From IMG/VR virus record IMGVR_UViG_3300046115_000180: a DNA stretch of 64,000 nt. One strand, written 5' to 3'. The notes below the pieces were generated by a model that saw nothing but the letters and a program-made list of their open reading frames with translations, did not search any database and was not told the DNA's origin. Source of the stretch: a virus. The position numbers were made by a program, and so were the translations under genes. Below, one piece after another: positions 37,192 to 45,609 of the stretch. Numbering within the stretch: position 1 is the first letter of the stretch; each line of letters starts with the position of its first letter.

Positions 37192-37601
37192 TCGAAAAGG
37201 TTGGTGGTCTTAAAGTGAGCGAGAAAAAACTTGTCCCACTCCTTGGTCCAGGCGGTGCGCAGGATCTCTTCGAGCCCACGCGCGGAGCCCCAGAGGAGGC
37301 CCGGATGGTAGAAAATGACCCGGTTCCGACGGCGTGTCGGACGGAAGCCAGTATTCGGGACCGACTTGGGGATCAGCCACCCGCCGCCGGCCGCATGGAG
37401 CGCGAGCCACGGAAGCGCGATCTCAATCTGCGGCAGCCGTTCGGCGACTTCGTCAAAAAGGGAACTCTGCCGCGCGCGGCGCGATGTCAGAATTCGGGGT
37501 TTCCAGCCGTGCGCAATCCAAGTTTTCTCCCAGGCGCGAAAAGATTCGGCCTGACCGGGGGCCGCGTCCGGACTGGCGTCGTAGTAGGTGAAGACGTTCA
37601 C
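37185..37601 (-). CDS. hypothetical protein (start revised to GTG 37601)
   Basis: The ORF-track N-terminus (37602-37667) is the terminator hairpin. An in-frame GTG follows GCACTGTT by 6 nt. The stop overlaps the terL start. Confidence 0.45.
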   Translation of the reverse strand: MNVFTYYDASPDAAPGQAESFRAWEKTWIAHGWKPRILTSRRARQSSLFDEVAERLPQIEIALPWLALHAAGGGWLIPKSVPNTGFRPTRRRNRVIFYHPGLLWGSARGLEEILRTAWTKEWDKFFLAHFKTTNLFEC

Positions 37602-37635
37602 TACATAAACAGTGCACGCGCCGCAGTCCCGGCTA

Positions 37636-37667
37636 GAAACAAAAATGCCCACCTTTTGGGTGGGCAT
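37636..37667 (-). terminator. intrinsic terminator closing the recombinase cassette
   Basis: Perfect 9-bp stem ATGCCCACC/GGTGGGCAT with a 5-nt loop, followed on the minus strand by TTTTTGTTT. Confidence 0.75.
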
Positions 37668-37783
37668 AGTAATTTTTACCGGAACTCGCCGTCGTCCTAC
37701 CGTGCTACTGTTACACTATCAGAATTACCAAACTGAACGGGACTTGCACCCGCTCCTGCGGCCTAAAGTGTTTAAACGCCATA

Positions 37784-38002
37784 TCACGAACCCCGTTTTT
37801 CACCATCCTTGGGATGACCATTCCTAAAATCCGGATGCTTACCGTTGGTGATCCGCGCGAGCCGAAGTTCGCGCTGCTCTTTTTCCAGAGCCAGCCGGCG
37901 CGCGCACTCGATCCTAAGCACCTCCTGTGCTTCCTCGACCGCGTCCGTAAACGCAGAGGTTCGGCCCTTGAATTTCTCGTATTGGTGGATTGCACCGCGC
38001 AT
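37784..38002 (-). CDS. hypothetical protein (72 aa)
   Basis: The ATG lies 1 nt after the recombinase TAA (TAAAATG). Confidence 0.45.
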   Translation of the reverse strand: MRGAIHQYEKFKGRTSAFTDAVEEAQEVLRIECARRLALEKEQRELRLARITNGKHPDFRNGHPKDGEKRGS

Positions 38003-38003
38003 T

Positions 38004-38771
38004 TTATTCCTCGATTTCTATGATTTTCGACGGCTGAGTTGTTTCGACCATGTGCCGGACAGAGGCTTTCGTCCATCGTTTCCCGTGCCTCGTAACAAAT
38101 CCCGACTCATTAAAGTGATTCGCGATAACGGTGTATTCCATTGGCTGATTCCATTCATCCAAAACCGAGCGAAAATTGTGGGCCAGATTGATAAGTTCCC
38201 GCTCGCCAGGACGCGTTCCGTAGGGCTTTTTGCCCTCGCACCGGCCCGTGGCCGCTTTCTTGCGCTCGCGCGCGGAGCGGAGTTTGGCAACCAACATCGA
38301 CTTTTCCCACTGCGACAGCGCGCCGAGGATCTGCCGTATCAGCACCCGCGTCGGGTCTGCTCCAGAAGCTGCCATATCGATGAGCGCGCCCTGGTCCGCG
38401 GAATATACTTTGACCCCGCGACGCCGGCACTCCGCTAGCAAAAACTCAGAGACCATTAAGTCTCGCGCTAGCCGGTCCATCCGCTCAACCACGATTGCCT
38501 TAACCGGTCTAGCCGGTCTATGGGTATCATCAATGAATTCGAGCAACTGCGCAAACGCCGGGCGCGCGACGGCTTCCACCGTGCCCGAGACCGCCCTCTC
38601 AAAAAACTCAGGACCAAACACAAGCTTGTGGTCGGAACAGAACTTTTTAATGGCGACCCGTTGACGATCCGGTCCGTCACCGTCAAGCTGACCCTGCCCG
38701 GACACCCGGAGGTAGCTGACTACAAACTCCGGAGGTGCCGGCGGGAGGAAAATTGAACTCGGTGCAGTCAT
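38004..38771 (-). CDS. small serine recombinase (resolvase/invertase type)
   Basis: YLRVSGQGQ holds the catalytic Ser. VVERMDRLARD is present, and the C-terminal region is HTH-like. ~255 aa. Confidence 0.85.
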   Translation of the reverse strand: MTAPSSIFLPPAPPEFVVSYLRVSGQGQLDGDGPDRQRVAIKKFCSDHKLVFGPEFFERAVSGTVEAVARPAFAQLLEFIDDTHRPARPVKAIVVERMDRLARDLMVSEFLLAECRRRGVKVYSADQGALIDMAASGADPTRVLIRQILGALSQWEKSMLVAKLRSARERKKAATGRCEGKKPYGTRPGERELINLAHNFRSVLDEWNQPMEYTVIANHFNESGFVTRHGKRWTKASVRHMVETTQPSKIIEIEE

Positions 38772-38914
38772 CGCACGAACCGGCGGTAGCACGGTTTGAG
38801 GGGGTTGAGCGGCTCAAACCGGGTGATGCTCTCCTTCACCCCGCGTTCGTTGACGTTGTGAAAAACCACCATACGGAGGTTCTTCTTGATGCTCTCGGAA
38901 ATCACTTTCTTCAT
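38768..38914 (-). CDS. small basic ORF (48 aa) upstream of recombinase
   Basis: Not in the ORF track (<60 aa). MKKVISESIKKNL... The stop overlaps the recombinase ATG (ATGA), and the promoter lies directly upstream. Confidence 0.4.
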   Translation of the reverse strand: MKKVISESIKKNLRMVVFHNVNERGVKESITRFEPLNPLKPCYRRFVR

Positions 38915-38921
38915 GCTGGTA

Positions 38922-38951
38922 ATACTATCGACAAATCGGACCAAAAGTCAA
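38922..38951 (-). promoter_or_regulatory. sigma70-type promoter of recombinase cassette
   Basis: TTGACT, an 18-nt spacer, TAGTAT, with the ATG 7 nt further on. Confidence 0.5.
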
Positions 38952-38955
38952 GCGC

Positions 38956-38987
38956 TAAAATGCGAAACCCGTCCGAGCAGACGGGTT
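38956..38987 (-). terminator. hairpin terminator upstream of recombinase cassette
   Basis: AACCCGTC/GACGGGTT 8-bp stem with a 6-nt loop, followed by TCGCATTTT on the minus strand. Confidence 0.5.
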
Positions 38988-39020
38988 CCGTTGATTTTCG
39001 AGGATGTTCTGCCGAATGGG

Positions 39021-39191
39021 TTACTTGTCCTTCAGGGAGTCCGATTTATCGTTCACCCAGGCGTCGACGGCCGCTTTCTTGTTGGGGTTCGCCCGCAAGA
39101 AAAGGTAACTGACGACCGCGGAAACCGCGGCAGAAACTACCGCGACCACGACATGAGACCCGTCCAACACTGCTAACAATTCAGTATTCAT
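39021..39191 (-). CDS. small membrane protein (56 aa)
   Basis: Not in the ORF track. MNTELLAVLDGSHVVVAVVSAAVSAVVSYLFL... The ATG lies 7 nt after GCACTGTT. Confidence 0.5.
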   Translation of the reverse strand: MNTELLAVLDGSHVVVAVVSAAVSAVVSYLFLRANPNKKAAVDAWVNDKSDSLKDK

Positions 39192-39215
39192 ACACCTGAA
39201 CAGTGCGCCGTTCGG

Positions 39216-39671
39216 TTATGCCGCGTCCACGCAAAGAATCACGTTGAGGAGCGTCGTGACCGGCGCATCCCGCAAGCCGTCTTGAAAACTGCCAGGGCAC
39301 CCGCACGTAAATCCGCACATGTTTCGGAACACTCGCGCCAGTTCATCCGACGCTTTTTGGTCGAACTTTGAGCCCAAGTTACTGTTCTCCAGATAATCGT
39401 GGACCCACTGAACCGTGGCCCGCTGCTCCGGCGTCAGCGCACCACTGTCGTCGGACACACACAAAACTACTTCCAGCAACGTGCAGCCTGTGCAATCCGC
39501 CAAGTCTTCTTGAAAGGTGCCGGGACACCCGCAGGTAAATCCACACGCATTTCTAAACACTCGCGCGAGTTCATCAGAAACCTTTTGGTCGATGTGCATG
39601 CCGCCGGCGCCGCCGCGCGTCATGTAATCTATTACCCATTGAATTGTTGCACGTTGGTCGACGGTCAGCAT
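39216..39671 (-). CDS. hypothetical protein made of two tandem ~75-aa Cys-rich domains
   Basis: Internal duplication: QRAT(I/V)QWV..DY...SDELARVFRN.CGFTCGCPG(T/S)FQ occurs twice. Confidence 0.6.
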   Translation of the reverse strand: MLTVDQRATIQWVIDYMTRGGAGGMHIDQKVSDELARVFRNACGFTCGCPGTFQEDLADCTGCTLLEVVLCVSDDSGALTPEQRATVQWVHDYLENSNLGSKFDQKASDELARVFRNMCGFTCGCPGSFQDGLRDAPVTTLLNVILCVDAA

Positions 39672-39700
39672 AAAAATATCTGGTTTAGAGTTGACTGAAT

Positions 39701-39892
39701 CTATGAAAACAGTGCTCCGCTCGGACCGCCCTCAACACCCGCGGTCGAAGCGACTTTCACGGCATCTTGCAGCAACTTACTAAAAAATAATCCGTTGGCG
39801 GCGCTACGAAGGCCATCCGCACGAACGGCAGTGTCGATGAGATTAAGCAGCGCGTTTGCCTGCTCCATGTCCATGGTAATATCAATTTTCAT
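39701..39892 (-). CDS. hypothetical protein (63 aa)
   Basis: The ATG (MKIDITMD) lies 8 nt after GCACTGTT. The ORF-track start is TTG. Confidence 0.45.
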   Translation of the reverse strand: MKIDITMDMEQANALLNLIDTAVRADGLRSAANGLFFSKLLQDAVKVASTAGVEGGPSGALFS

Positions 39893-39928
39893 TTCACCCA
39901 AACAGTGCCGAGTTTACCAAAATTTTTC

Positions 39929-42205
39929 TCATTCCGACTTGCAATACGCACCACACGCGTTGTTGTTATCCAGTCGGGGAGTGCCCTCGATATCAAAAGG
40001 TAAAACCAAACCCACCGCAAACCCGATTAATGGAGAGCCGTTCTGAAGGTGATAATCCCCATCGCCCGCGCCAGCATTATTTTCATCGGCACTCTGACGA
40101 TTCACAAATTGAGGATACCCCATCGTTTCGCTGCTGCTTGTGGGAGGCTGGTGACAATCAATACCCGCGAATTCCGCATAAAAATTTCCAGGCAATGAAA
40201 TCATGTTCTGTGCAATCTGATTGCCGCGCGACCCCACGTTATTCACTACAGGCCATGCGCCCACACGGGCACCGTTCTCCGGAGGATACGTATCCACTTT
40301 GTTTGCCAAACGGTCCCAATAATTGTTTTTCATTGACCAATCACGTCGGTTCTTAGACGTAGAATCTGTCTCATTGTAAGCGACAAACATTCTGCTGCCG
40401 AGAAATAGATTATGCCAAATGATAAAGTTATCATGAGGATTGTTCGCGCCAGAAATATCCGGAGGTATCGCGAACGTTCCGAGGCTAACGCAATGTTCAA
40501 AAATATTTTGCACCACTGCGCCACCGTGCGTATTTCCAGTAAACGGGCCTATCTGTAACAATTGCGGCTGCCCAGGGCCACTAAAGCCGTAAATGATATT
40601 AAACGCGATGATGAATCCAGTGGTTGCCGGAGCGGATTGCCCGCTGAGGTCTGTAAACAATAAAGGCGCAAACACCGCGGCCACCTTGCCGGTTTTCTTA
40701 TTTCCAATAACCGTGTAGCACTGTATAGCATTAGTGAATCCGGTTAAGTCGTTTCCACGCACAAGCGCGGGTGCGTGATTGTTCGAAGCATTAAACGGCC
40801 GAATACCCATACCAAGCTGAGTCAGCTTGCTATGTGTCACGTAAAAAACGGCGCCGCCGGTCGTCTGCCAAAGATTGGTTGCCGCCGTATTAAACTCTAC
40901 CTTGTGAAACCACAAACCTAAAATCCCCGAAAAAGAATTCGGGGTTGTCGTGGTGATAGTGACATTCTCTATCTTAATACAATTGGATATATTGACATTT
41001 CCGCTAGCCGAATTAACCACCACGTCCGAACGCGCTACGCCGACTGCGGGTCGAACGGTTATCCACGTTTCCGGAGTGCCGCCATATGAATTACTTGACC
41101 CCAGCCATGCGTAATTACCCGCTTCCAATTCAATTACCCCGCCGCCGACATCATTCCGACCATGATTCGCAAGATTGTATGCCGCGATTGCCGAAGCGGC
41201 TTTTCCGATAGTCAAAAATTTATTTGCTGTAGCCGGGTTATAAACGGCAGAATCGTAGGCGGTGCCCGTGGTATCGTTGCCCGTCGGCCCAACTTTCGCA
41301 ATCGTGATACCGTAGTCACCCGACTTATCACAAAAATTTTTCTGCGTAGTATAGAGAGGAGTGAGCCCTGCATTAACCCCATCTCGGGTATCCAGCACCT
41401 CATCTCCCACCCAGGGATACACCACAAAATCGTCTTCGATTACGTCCAAACTATCCATATCCGTCAGCGAAAGGTCGGAGACATATTCTATAACTGGAAT
41501 TTGGTCTTCGAACCCCGGCTCTATCGTTGCCACAGTAACAAACTGGGTCGCTACATGCCCGTGTTCATCCCTCCGCGTAAACTTCACTACCCGAACGGAA
41601 CGGCCTTGCTGCCCGTGACCCTCAAACGCACAACAACGGACCTTACTATCTCCCACAGTCAGCCGACGAAGCCCAGGCCATCCCCAATTCGCCACCGGTT
41701 TTTTATACGGGGCACTTGAACCATTTGTCACGGCACCGGAAAATGATTTGCTTGCGGTTCCTCCTTGCGTATAAAGCCCGTCAAAAACCGCCACTACCGG
41801 GTCCGTTCCCGAATTTCCTGCGCCCACTTTATCTTTCGCATAGATATAGTTGCTCAAAATCACTCGAATAACCACATCCGGCCCACTAATAGTTTCGTCC
41901 GCTTGGGCCTGATTAGGATACGGCTTTCGTAAAAACTTCACTCCATAAACCGTTCGAGTAACCGTAATTGGATTTCCGACGTCATCGAAGCCTTTTGACA
42001 CTACTGTAAAAATTACTTTGGGGTCGGCCCCACCCCCACTCACATGGTTATCTGTGCCCAGTCCAAATGCATAGCTACCCCCTGTGCCGACTCCTTTCAA
42101 CGTGATGGAAGCCGTCCATCCGTCTGGGTCGATAGTTACTCCTAACACCGACCCGGCCGGCGCCGCGCTGGCGAGCCCCACACTTCCCAATCGTAACACG
42201 TTCAT
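39929..42205 (-). CDS. large tail fibre / tailspike-like protein (beta-helix-like)
   Basis: 758 aa, rich in short N/G/T/V beta-strand repeats (NVTITTTTPNSFSGILGLWFHKVEFN), within the fibre cluster. Confidence 0.45.
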   Translation of the reverse strand: MNVLRLGSVGLASAAPAGSVLGVTIDPDGWTASITLKGVGTGGSYAFGLGTDNHVSGGGADPKVIFTVVSKGFDDVGNPITVTRTVYGVKFLRKPYPNQAQADETISGPDVVIRVILSNYIYAKDKVGAGNSGTDPVVAVFDGLYTQGGTASKSFSGAVTNGSSAPYKKPVANWGWPGLRRLTVGDSKVRCCAFEGHGQQGRSVRVVKFTRRDEHGHVATQFVTVATIEPGFEDQIPVIEYVSDLSLTDMDSLDVIEDDFVVYPWVGDEVLDTRDGVNAGLTPLYTTQKNFCDKSGDYGITIAKVGPTGNDTTGTAYDSAVYNPATANKFLTIGKAASAIAAYNLANHGRNDVGGGVIELEAGNYAWLGSSNSYGGTPETWITVRPAVGVARSDVVVNSASGNVNISNCIKIENVTITTTTPNSFSGILGLWFHKVEFNTAATNLWQTTGGAVFYVTHSKLTQLGMGIRPFNASNNHAPALVRGNDLTGFTNAIQCYTVIGNKKTGKVAAVFAPLLFTDLSGQSAPATTGFIIAFNIIYGFSGPGQPQLLQIGPFTGNTHGGAVVQNIFEHCVSLGTFAIPPDISGANNPHDNFIIWHNLFLGSRMFVAYNETDSTSKNRRDWSMKNNYWDRLANKVDTYPPENGARVGAWPVVNNVGSRGNQIAQNMISLPGNFYAEFAGIDCHQPPTSSSETMGYPQFVNRQSADENNAGAGDGDYHLQNGSPLIGFAVGLVLPFDIEGTPRLDNNNACGAYCKSE

Positions 42206-42732
42206 TACGCCTGAACCACGTAGCTAGCGACGACCGTCGCGTCAGTCGAACCAAACGCCCGCAAACTGAGTATCGCGGTTTTATTCGCCGCGATGCTCGC
42301 CGGCGCCGTGGCCCCGACAAAAACCCACCCGACGGGAAATGAAAGATTGCGAGAGCTTCCATCGGAAACAATCCGAACCGCAATTTCTCTATCCGCCGCT
42401 AAATTTGAACTGGTGAACGCAATGTTCCCCGTAAGAGAAATAGATTTCCAACCCGAAGTTGAAAAATCCAATGCAACGGACGCCGCATACGGAATAACCG
42501 TTCCCGTCGTTTGATACCGGCTCGCCACAATCAGAGCAGTAGACGAAAGGGGGCCGGTCATGTCGCCACCGTCCTTGCGCAAAAACGGACTCAAATCTGG
42601 TTCGTCTCCACTACCGCCGGCACCGAGGAGCGCCAAAAAATCATTGGTGATTCTTGGGTCCGGTGGGCCTTGCGTATCGCTGTTAACCAAATCGTATAAC
42701 GCGCGCCGAACATCATTCTTCGACAAAGCCAT
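42205..42732 (-). CDS. tail fibre-associated protein sharing C-terminal domain with the collagen-like fibre
   Basis: The C-terminus (SLTGNIAFTSSN...RIVSDGSSRNLSFPVGWVFVGATAPASIAANKTAILSL) is paralogous to 21689..22288. Confidence 0.55.
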   Translation of the reverse strand: MALSKNDVRRALYDLVNSDTQGPPDPRITNDFLALLGAGGSGDEPDLSPFLRKDGGDMTGPLSSTALIVASRYQTTGTVIPYAASVALDFSTSGWKSISLTGNIAFTSSNLAADREIAVRIVSDGSSRNLSFPVGWVFVGATAPASIAANKTAILSLRAFGSTDATVVASYVVQA

Positions 42733-42744
42733 AAATTTGCTTTC

Positions 42745-44232
42745 TTACCACGCCGGAATATATCGAGTGGTTCCATTATCGTTGATGGGAATCCACTTTG
42801 TCGGATTGCCGACCGCGGGAGCATTCGCCAAAGTGCCGGCCGACGCACCGGCACCGTCCGCTAAAGCGGCCGATGTATTGTGCATAAACGCAGTTTGGCT
42901 AGTCGTAACGCTGAGCGCCGTCAGCGCCGCGTTTGCGCTACCGTCCGCCAACACAATAGAAATCCCCGCGCCATTACGCGCAATTGCGCCAAACGAACTC
43001 GTTGTCCCGCCAAAGTTCAGCCGAGTAAAATTATTTTGCGCCGCATTGAAAAGCTCAATTATCCCGTCGGCAGAACTCTTAATACTCCCTCGTGCCGCCC
43101 ACGATAGTGTTCCGGTAGCCCCGAGCGTAACGCTGGTGGATTGAAACGTGCCGTTGGTAGCAATCAGATTAGAACTAAGCAGTGTCAACACTGTAGCAAA
43201 CGCGCCCCCGTTAATCGACACATCAAAAACTAAATTCGACGTAGGAGTAGTCGCTCCCTGAACCGGCTGATTGTATACTCGCCAATCTACCGGCTGGCTG
43301 GCCGCAGTTGCAACAGTCTTCCAACCCTGGCCGGTGAATCGCAATGCCGGCGAATATTGTTGCGCCCCTACGGCCGCGGCAGTTGTGTTAGTCAATTGCA
43401 AAGAATCTGCCGGAGTAGCACCAATAGCCGTTTTCAACGACGTGATGAGGTCCGTCGTTTTGTTATACAAAAATCCTGCGTCTCCGCCAAAAACACCGGC
43501 GTCATTGAACTGAATTTGGGTATCTGCGCCGCCGGGCGTGCCACCGGCCCCCAACGAAACCGTGGCCCCATTAATTCGCGCACGAAGTAAATTACCAGTG
43601 CTATCATACCAGAGGTCTCCGTTGGAAGGAGCACTAGGGTCACCCGAGAGCGAACCCACGTTAAGCCCCGCGTTGGTGCCATTCGGATTAAACGTCTGCC
43701 GAACCCCGTCAGGAAAACCAATTAGCCCCGTAGTCGAAATCGTGAAAACACCGGAGGCCCCAAACGCAACCGAACCGTTCGTGTTAAGCGCCGTGTTGAG
43801 ATTAACATTCACCGCCCCCGTATTCGAAATGGTAATCTGACCGCCCGCGAACTGCGCAGAGCCGTCCGGACTTAACAAAATTGTTCCCGTCAAAATATCA
43901 ACACCGCTGGCAAACAGTTCGTTAATTTCTAACTGACCAGAATCATGGTATAGAAAAATCGCGGGACCAAACGTAGAAATTCCTCCCACCACCGTGGCGT
44001 CCAAATGCACTGCGCTACCGATGTCGAGGTCGCCGGTCATGGTATCACCGGCCTTCAACACCCGCGCGGCTACTTCGAACGAAAGCGCATGTGGAAACCC
44101 TCCCGGAGTTGAACCGTTGTGCAGCCGCAGCCGGTTCTGCTGGGTATCGAACGATAACTCGCCCAGGGCGCCGGTAAAGCCATCATTAGCCGCGGTGGTC
44201 CCTTTTCTTATTTGAACTTGTTTGTCAGCCAT
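42745..44232 (-). CDS. tail fibre protein
   Basis: The N-terminus VQIRKGTTAANDGFTGALGELSFDTQQNRLRLHNGSTPGG resembles the conserved fibre/Mtd-type N-terminal motif. The rest is a long beta-rich region. Confidence 0.6.
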   Translation of the reverse strand: MADKQVQIRKGTTAANDGFTGALGELSFDTQQNRLRLHNGSTPGGFPHALSFEVAARVLKAGDTMTGDLDIGSAVHLDATVVGGISTFGPAIFLYHDSGQLEINELFASGVDILTGTILLSPDGSAQFAGGQITISNTGAVNVNLNTALNTNGSVAFGASGVFTISTTGLIGFPDGVRQTFNPNGTNAGLNVGSLSGDPSAPSNGDLWYDSTGNLLRARINGATVSLGAGGTPGGADTQIQFNDAGVFGGDAGFLYNKTTDLITSLKTAIGATPADSLQLTNTTAAAVGAQQYSPALRFTGQGWKTVATAASQPVDWRVYNQPVQGATTPTSNLVFDVSINGGAFATVLTLLSSNLIATNGTFQSTSVTLGATGTLSWAARGSIKSSADGIIELFNAAQNNFTRLNFGGTTSSFGAIARNGAGISIVLADGSANAALTALSVTTSQTAFMHNTSAALADGAGASAGTLANAPAVGNPTKWIPINDNGTTRYIPAW

Positions 44233-44242
44233 AATTCACCGT

Positions 44243-44713
44243 TTAAACATTGCCCCAATCGTCGAACTCAACTGCTGGTCCGGTTAATCCACCCCAATTC
44301 TCGAAACACACAACAGGGCCGGAAAGCCCGCCCCAGTTATCCATGCCAGCACAATCTTCTGGAACCGCGCTAATAGCCTGAACAATTCGAAAAAGTAAAT
44401 TGTAGATTGAATCGCCGGGACGAAAACTCCCTGGGGAAAGAATATCGAGAATCCGCTTAATGGTATTCCACTGCCAGTCGCCGCAGTGGCAAGCGTCATC
44501 GCCGAGTGCCCGGAGGACTTTTTGCCAGAGTTCGGGTAGCGTATCGCCCGGCCGCGGAGTCCCGCCGTAATGCTCTACCAATTCCCAGACCAGATTGTAT
44601 TCCCGCTCGTCCGGGCAGCCGAACTCAGCACCCACTGATTGTAACCACTTTCGAAGTAGCACGACCACGCTGTCCCCAGGACGAGCCTCAGTCGAAGAAT
44701 AGCTGCACGGCAT
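44243..44713 (-). CDS. hypothetical protein with C-terminal NWGGL(S/T)GP repeats
   Basis: DNWGGLSGPVVCFENWGGLTGPAVEFDDWGNV. The ATG lies 7 nt after GCACTGTT. Confidence 0.5.
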   Translation of the reverse strand: MPCSYSSTEARPGDSVVVLLRKWLQSVGAEFGCPDEREYNLVWELVEHYGGTPRPGDTLPELWQKVLRALGDDACHCGDWQWNTIKRILDILSPGSFRPGDSIYNLLFRIVQAISAVPEDCAGMDNWGGLSGPVVCFENWGGLTGPAVEFDDWGNV

Positions 44714-44755
44714 ACATTAGAACAGTGCCGCGCAGGGGTCAAAATGATTACGGTA

Positions 44756-45580
44756 TTACTGCACTTCCGGCAACTCAACCGGTGGCGGCTCGGCGACTGA
44801 AACCAAAGCGGAGTCTGGCGGACAAGAAGATCCATAAACCGCCCAGTCGAGGCCCGCGGATTTCGCCCAGGACCAAATAACCCTCGTCGGCACGAAAACT
44901 GAAATTCCGGGACCGGCTCTGCCGACCATGATGCCGACGACTTCGCCGGAAGTGTTGAAAACACCGCCGCCAGAACCGCCGGGAACAACCGTCGCGTCGG
45001 TTTGATCCACGAGTGGCCATGGCCAGCCGGGTAACTGGGACGGAAATACGCCGACTTGCGAAATCACCCCGGTAGTGATGGAGTTATCGAAATTGTCGCC
45101 CAGGAAATTGCCGATGTGAAAAACGTGCTCCCCGGGTTGCGCGACGGTGCGGGAGAAAGTTACACCAGATGCAAGGTCCGTCGGAGAAATTATCCAATAC
45201 AGCGCTAGATCCGGCCCTTCATTCTTGGCAATGAGGACTGCGGGAAATTCGGCGAACCCGGCTTTCTGAGTGCCGAACCGAAAAATCCTGCGCACGACGG
45301 CATCCGAGCCGCCGGCTACGTGCGCCGCGGTCCAGAGAAAAACCCGGCCCTCGCCCGCGGGATTGCGCCGATGAATGAGGACACCGGTGCCGGTGCCGGT
45401 TGGTGTGACGACGAGGAGAGTAGAATTCGCCGCGCGAATGGCCGACGATTGCTCAGTCGGCCCCACTAAAAAAGCAATGCCGAGCGCTAGAAAAACCGCA
45501 AGAGCAGCGACGAGAATTTTCTGCGCCCGGGATGGGGATTTTAATACCGGGTTGTCGACTTGCGTTTTCGTTTCTTGCAT
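44756..45580 (-). CDS. membrane-anchored trypsin-like (S1/S1C) serine protease
   Basis: N-terminal hydrophobic anchor. His (WTAAHVAGG), Asp (PDLALY) and Ser (PGGSGGGVF) occur in the order of the catalytic triad. Confidence 0.75.
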   Translation of the reverse strand: MQETKTQVDNPVLKSPSRAQKILVAALAVFLALGIAFLVGPTEQSSAIRAANSTLLVVTPTGTGTGVLIHRRNPAGEGRVFLWTAAHVAGGSDAVVRRIFRFGTQKAGFAEFPAVLIAKNEGPDLALYWIISPTDLASGVTFSRTVAQPGEHVFHIGNFLGDNFDNSITTGVISQVGVFPSQLPGWPWPLVDQTDATVVPGGSGGGVFNTSGEVVGIMVGRAGPGISVFVPTRVIWSWAKSAGLDWAVYGSSCPPDSALVSVAEPPPVELPEVQ

Positions 45581-45609
45581 TTGCTACACTTTCTGCATGC
45601 CATAGGTTA

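Noticed and set aside
37602-37667. N-terminal 22 codons of ORF 37185..37667 (MPTQKVGIFVSS...)
   Set aside because: These codons are the perfect terminator hairpin plus T tract. A GTG preceded by the GCACTGTT motif lies downstream in frame.
21689-42732. Diversity-generating retroelement (template/variable repeat pair) suggested by the similar 3' ends of two fibre genes
   Set aside because: No reverse transcriptase is present in the window. The differences between the two copies are not adenine-specific, and identity is only moderate and protein-level.
38004-44232. Gin/Cin-type invertible tail-fibre segment next to the serine recombinase
   Set aside because: All fibre genes are co-oriented with no alternative oppositely oriented fibre C-termini. 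I saw no flanking inverted repeats around the fibre cluster.
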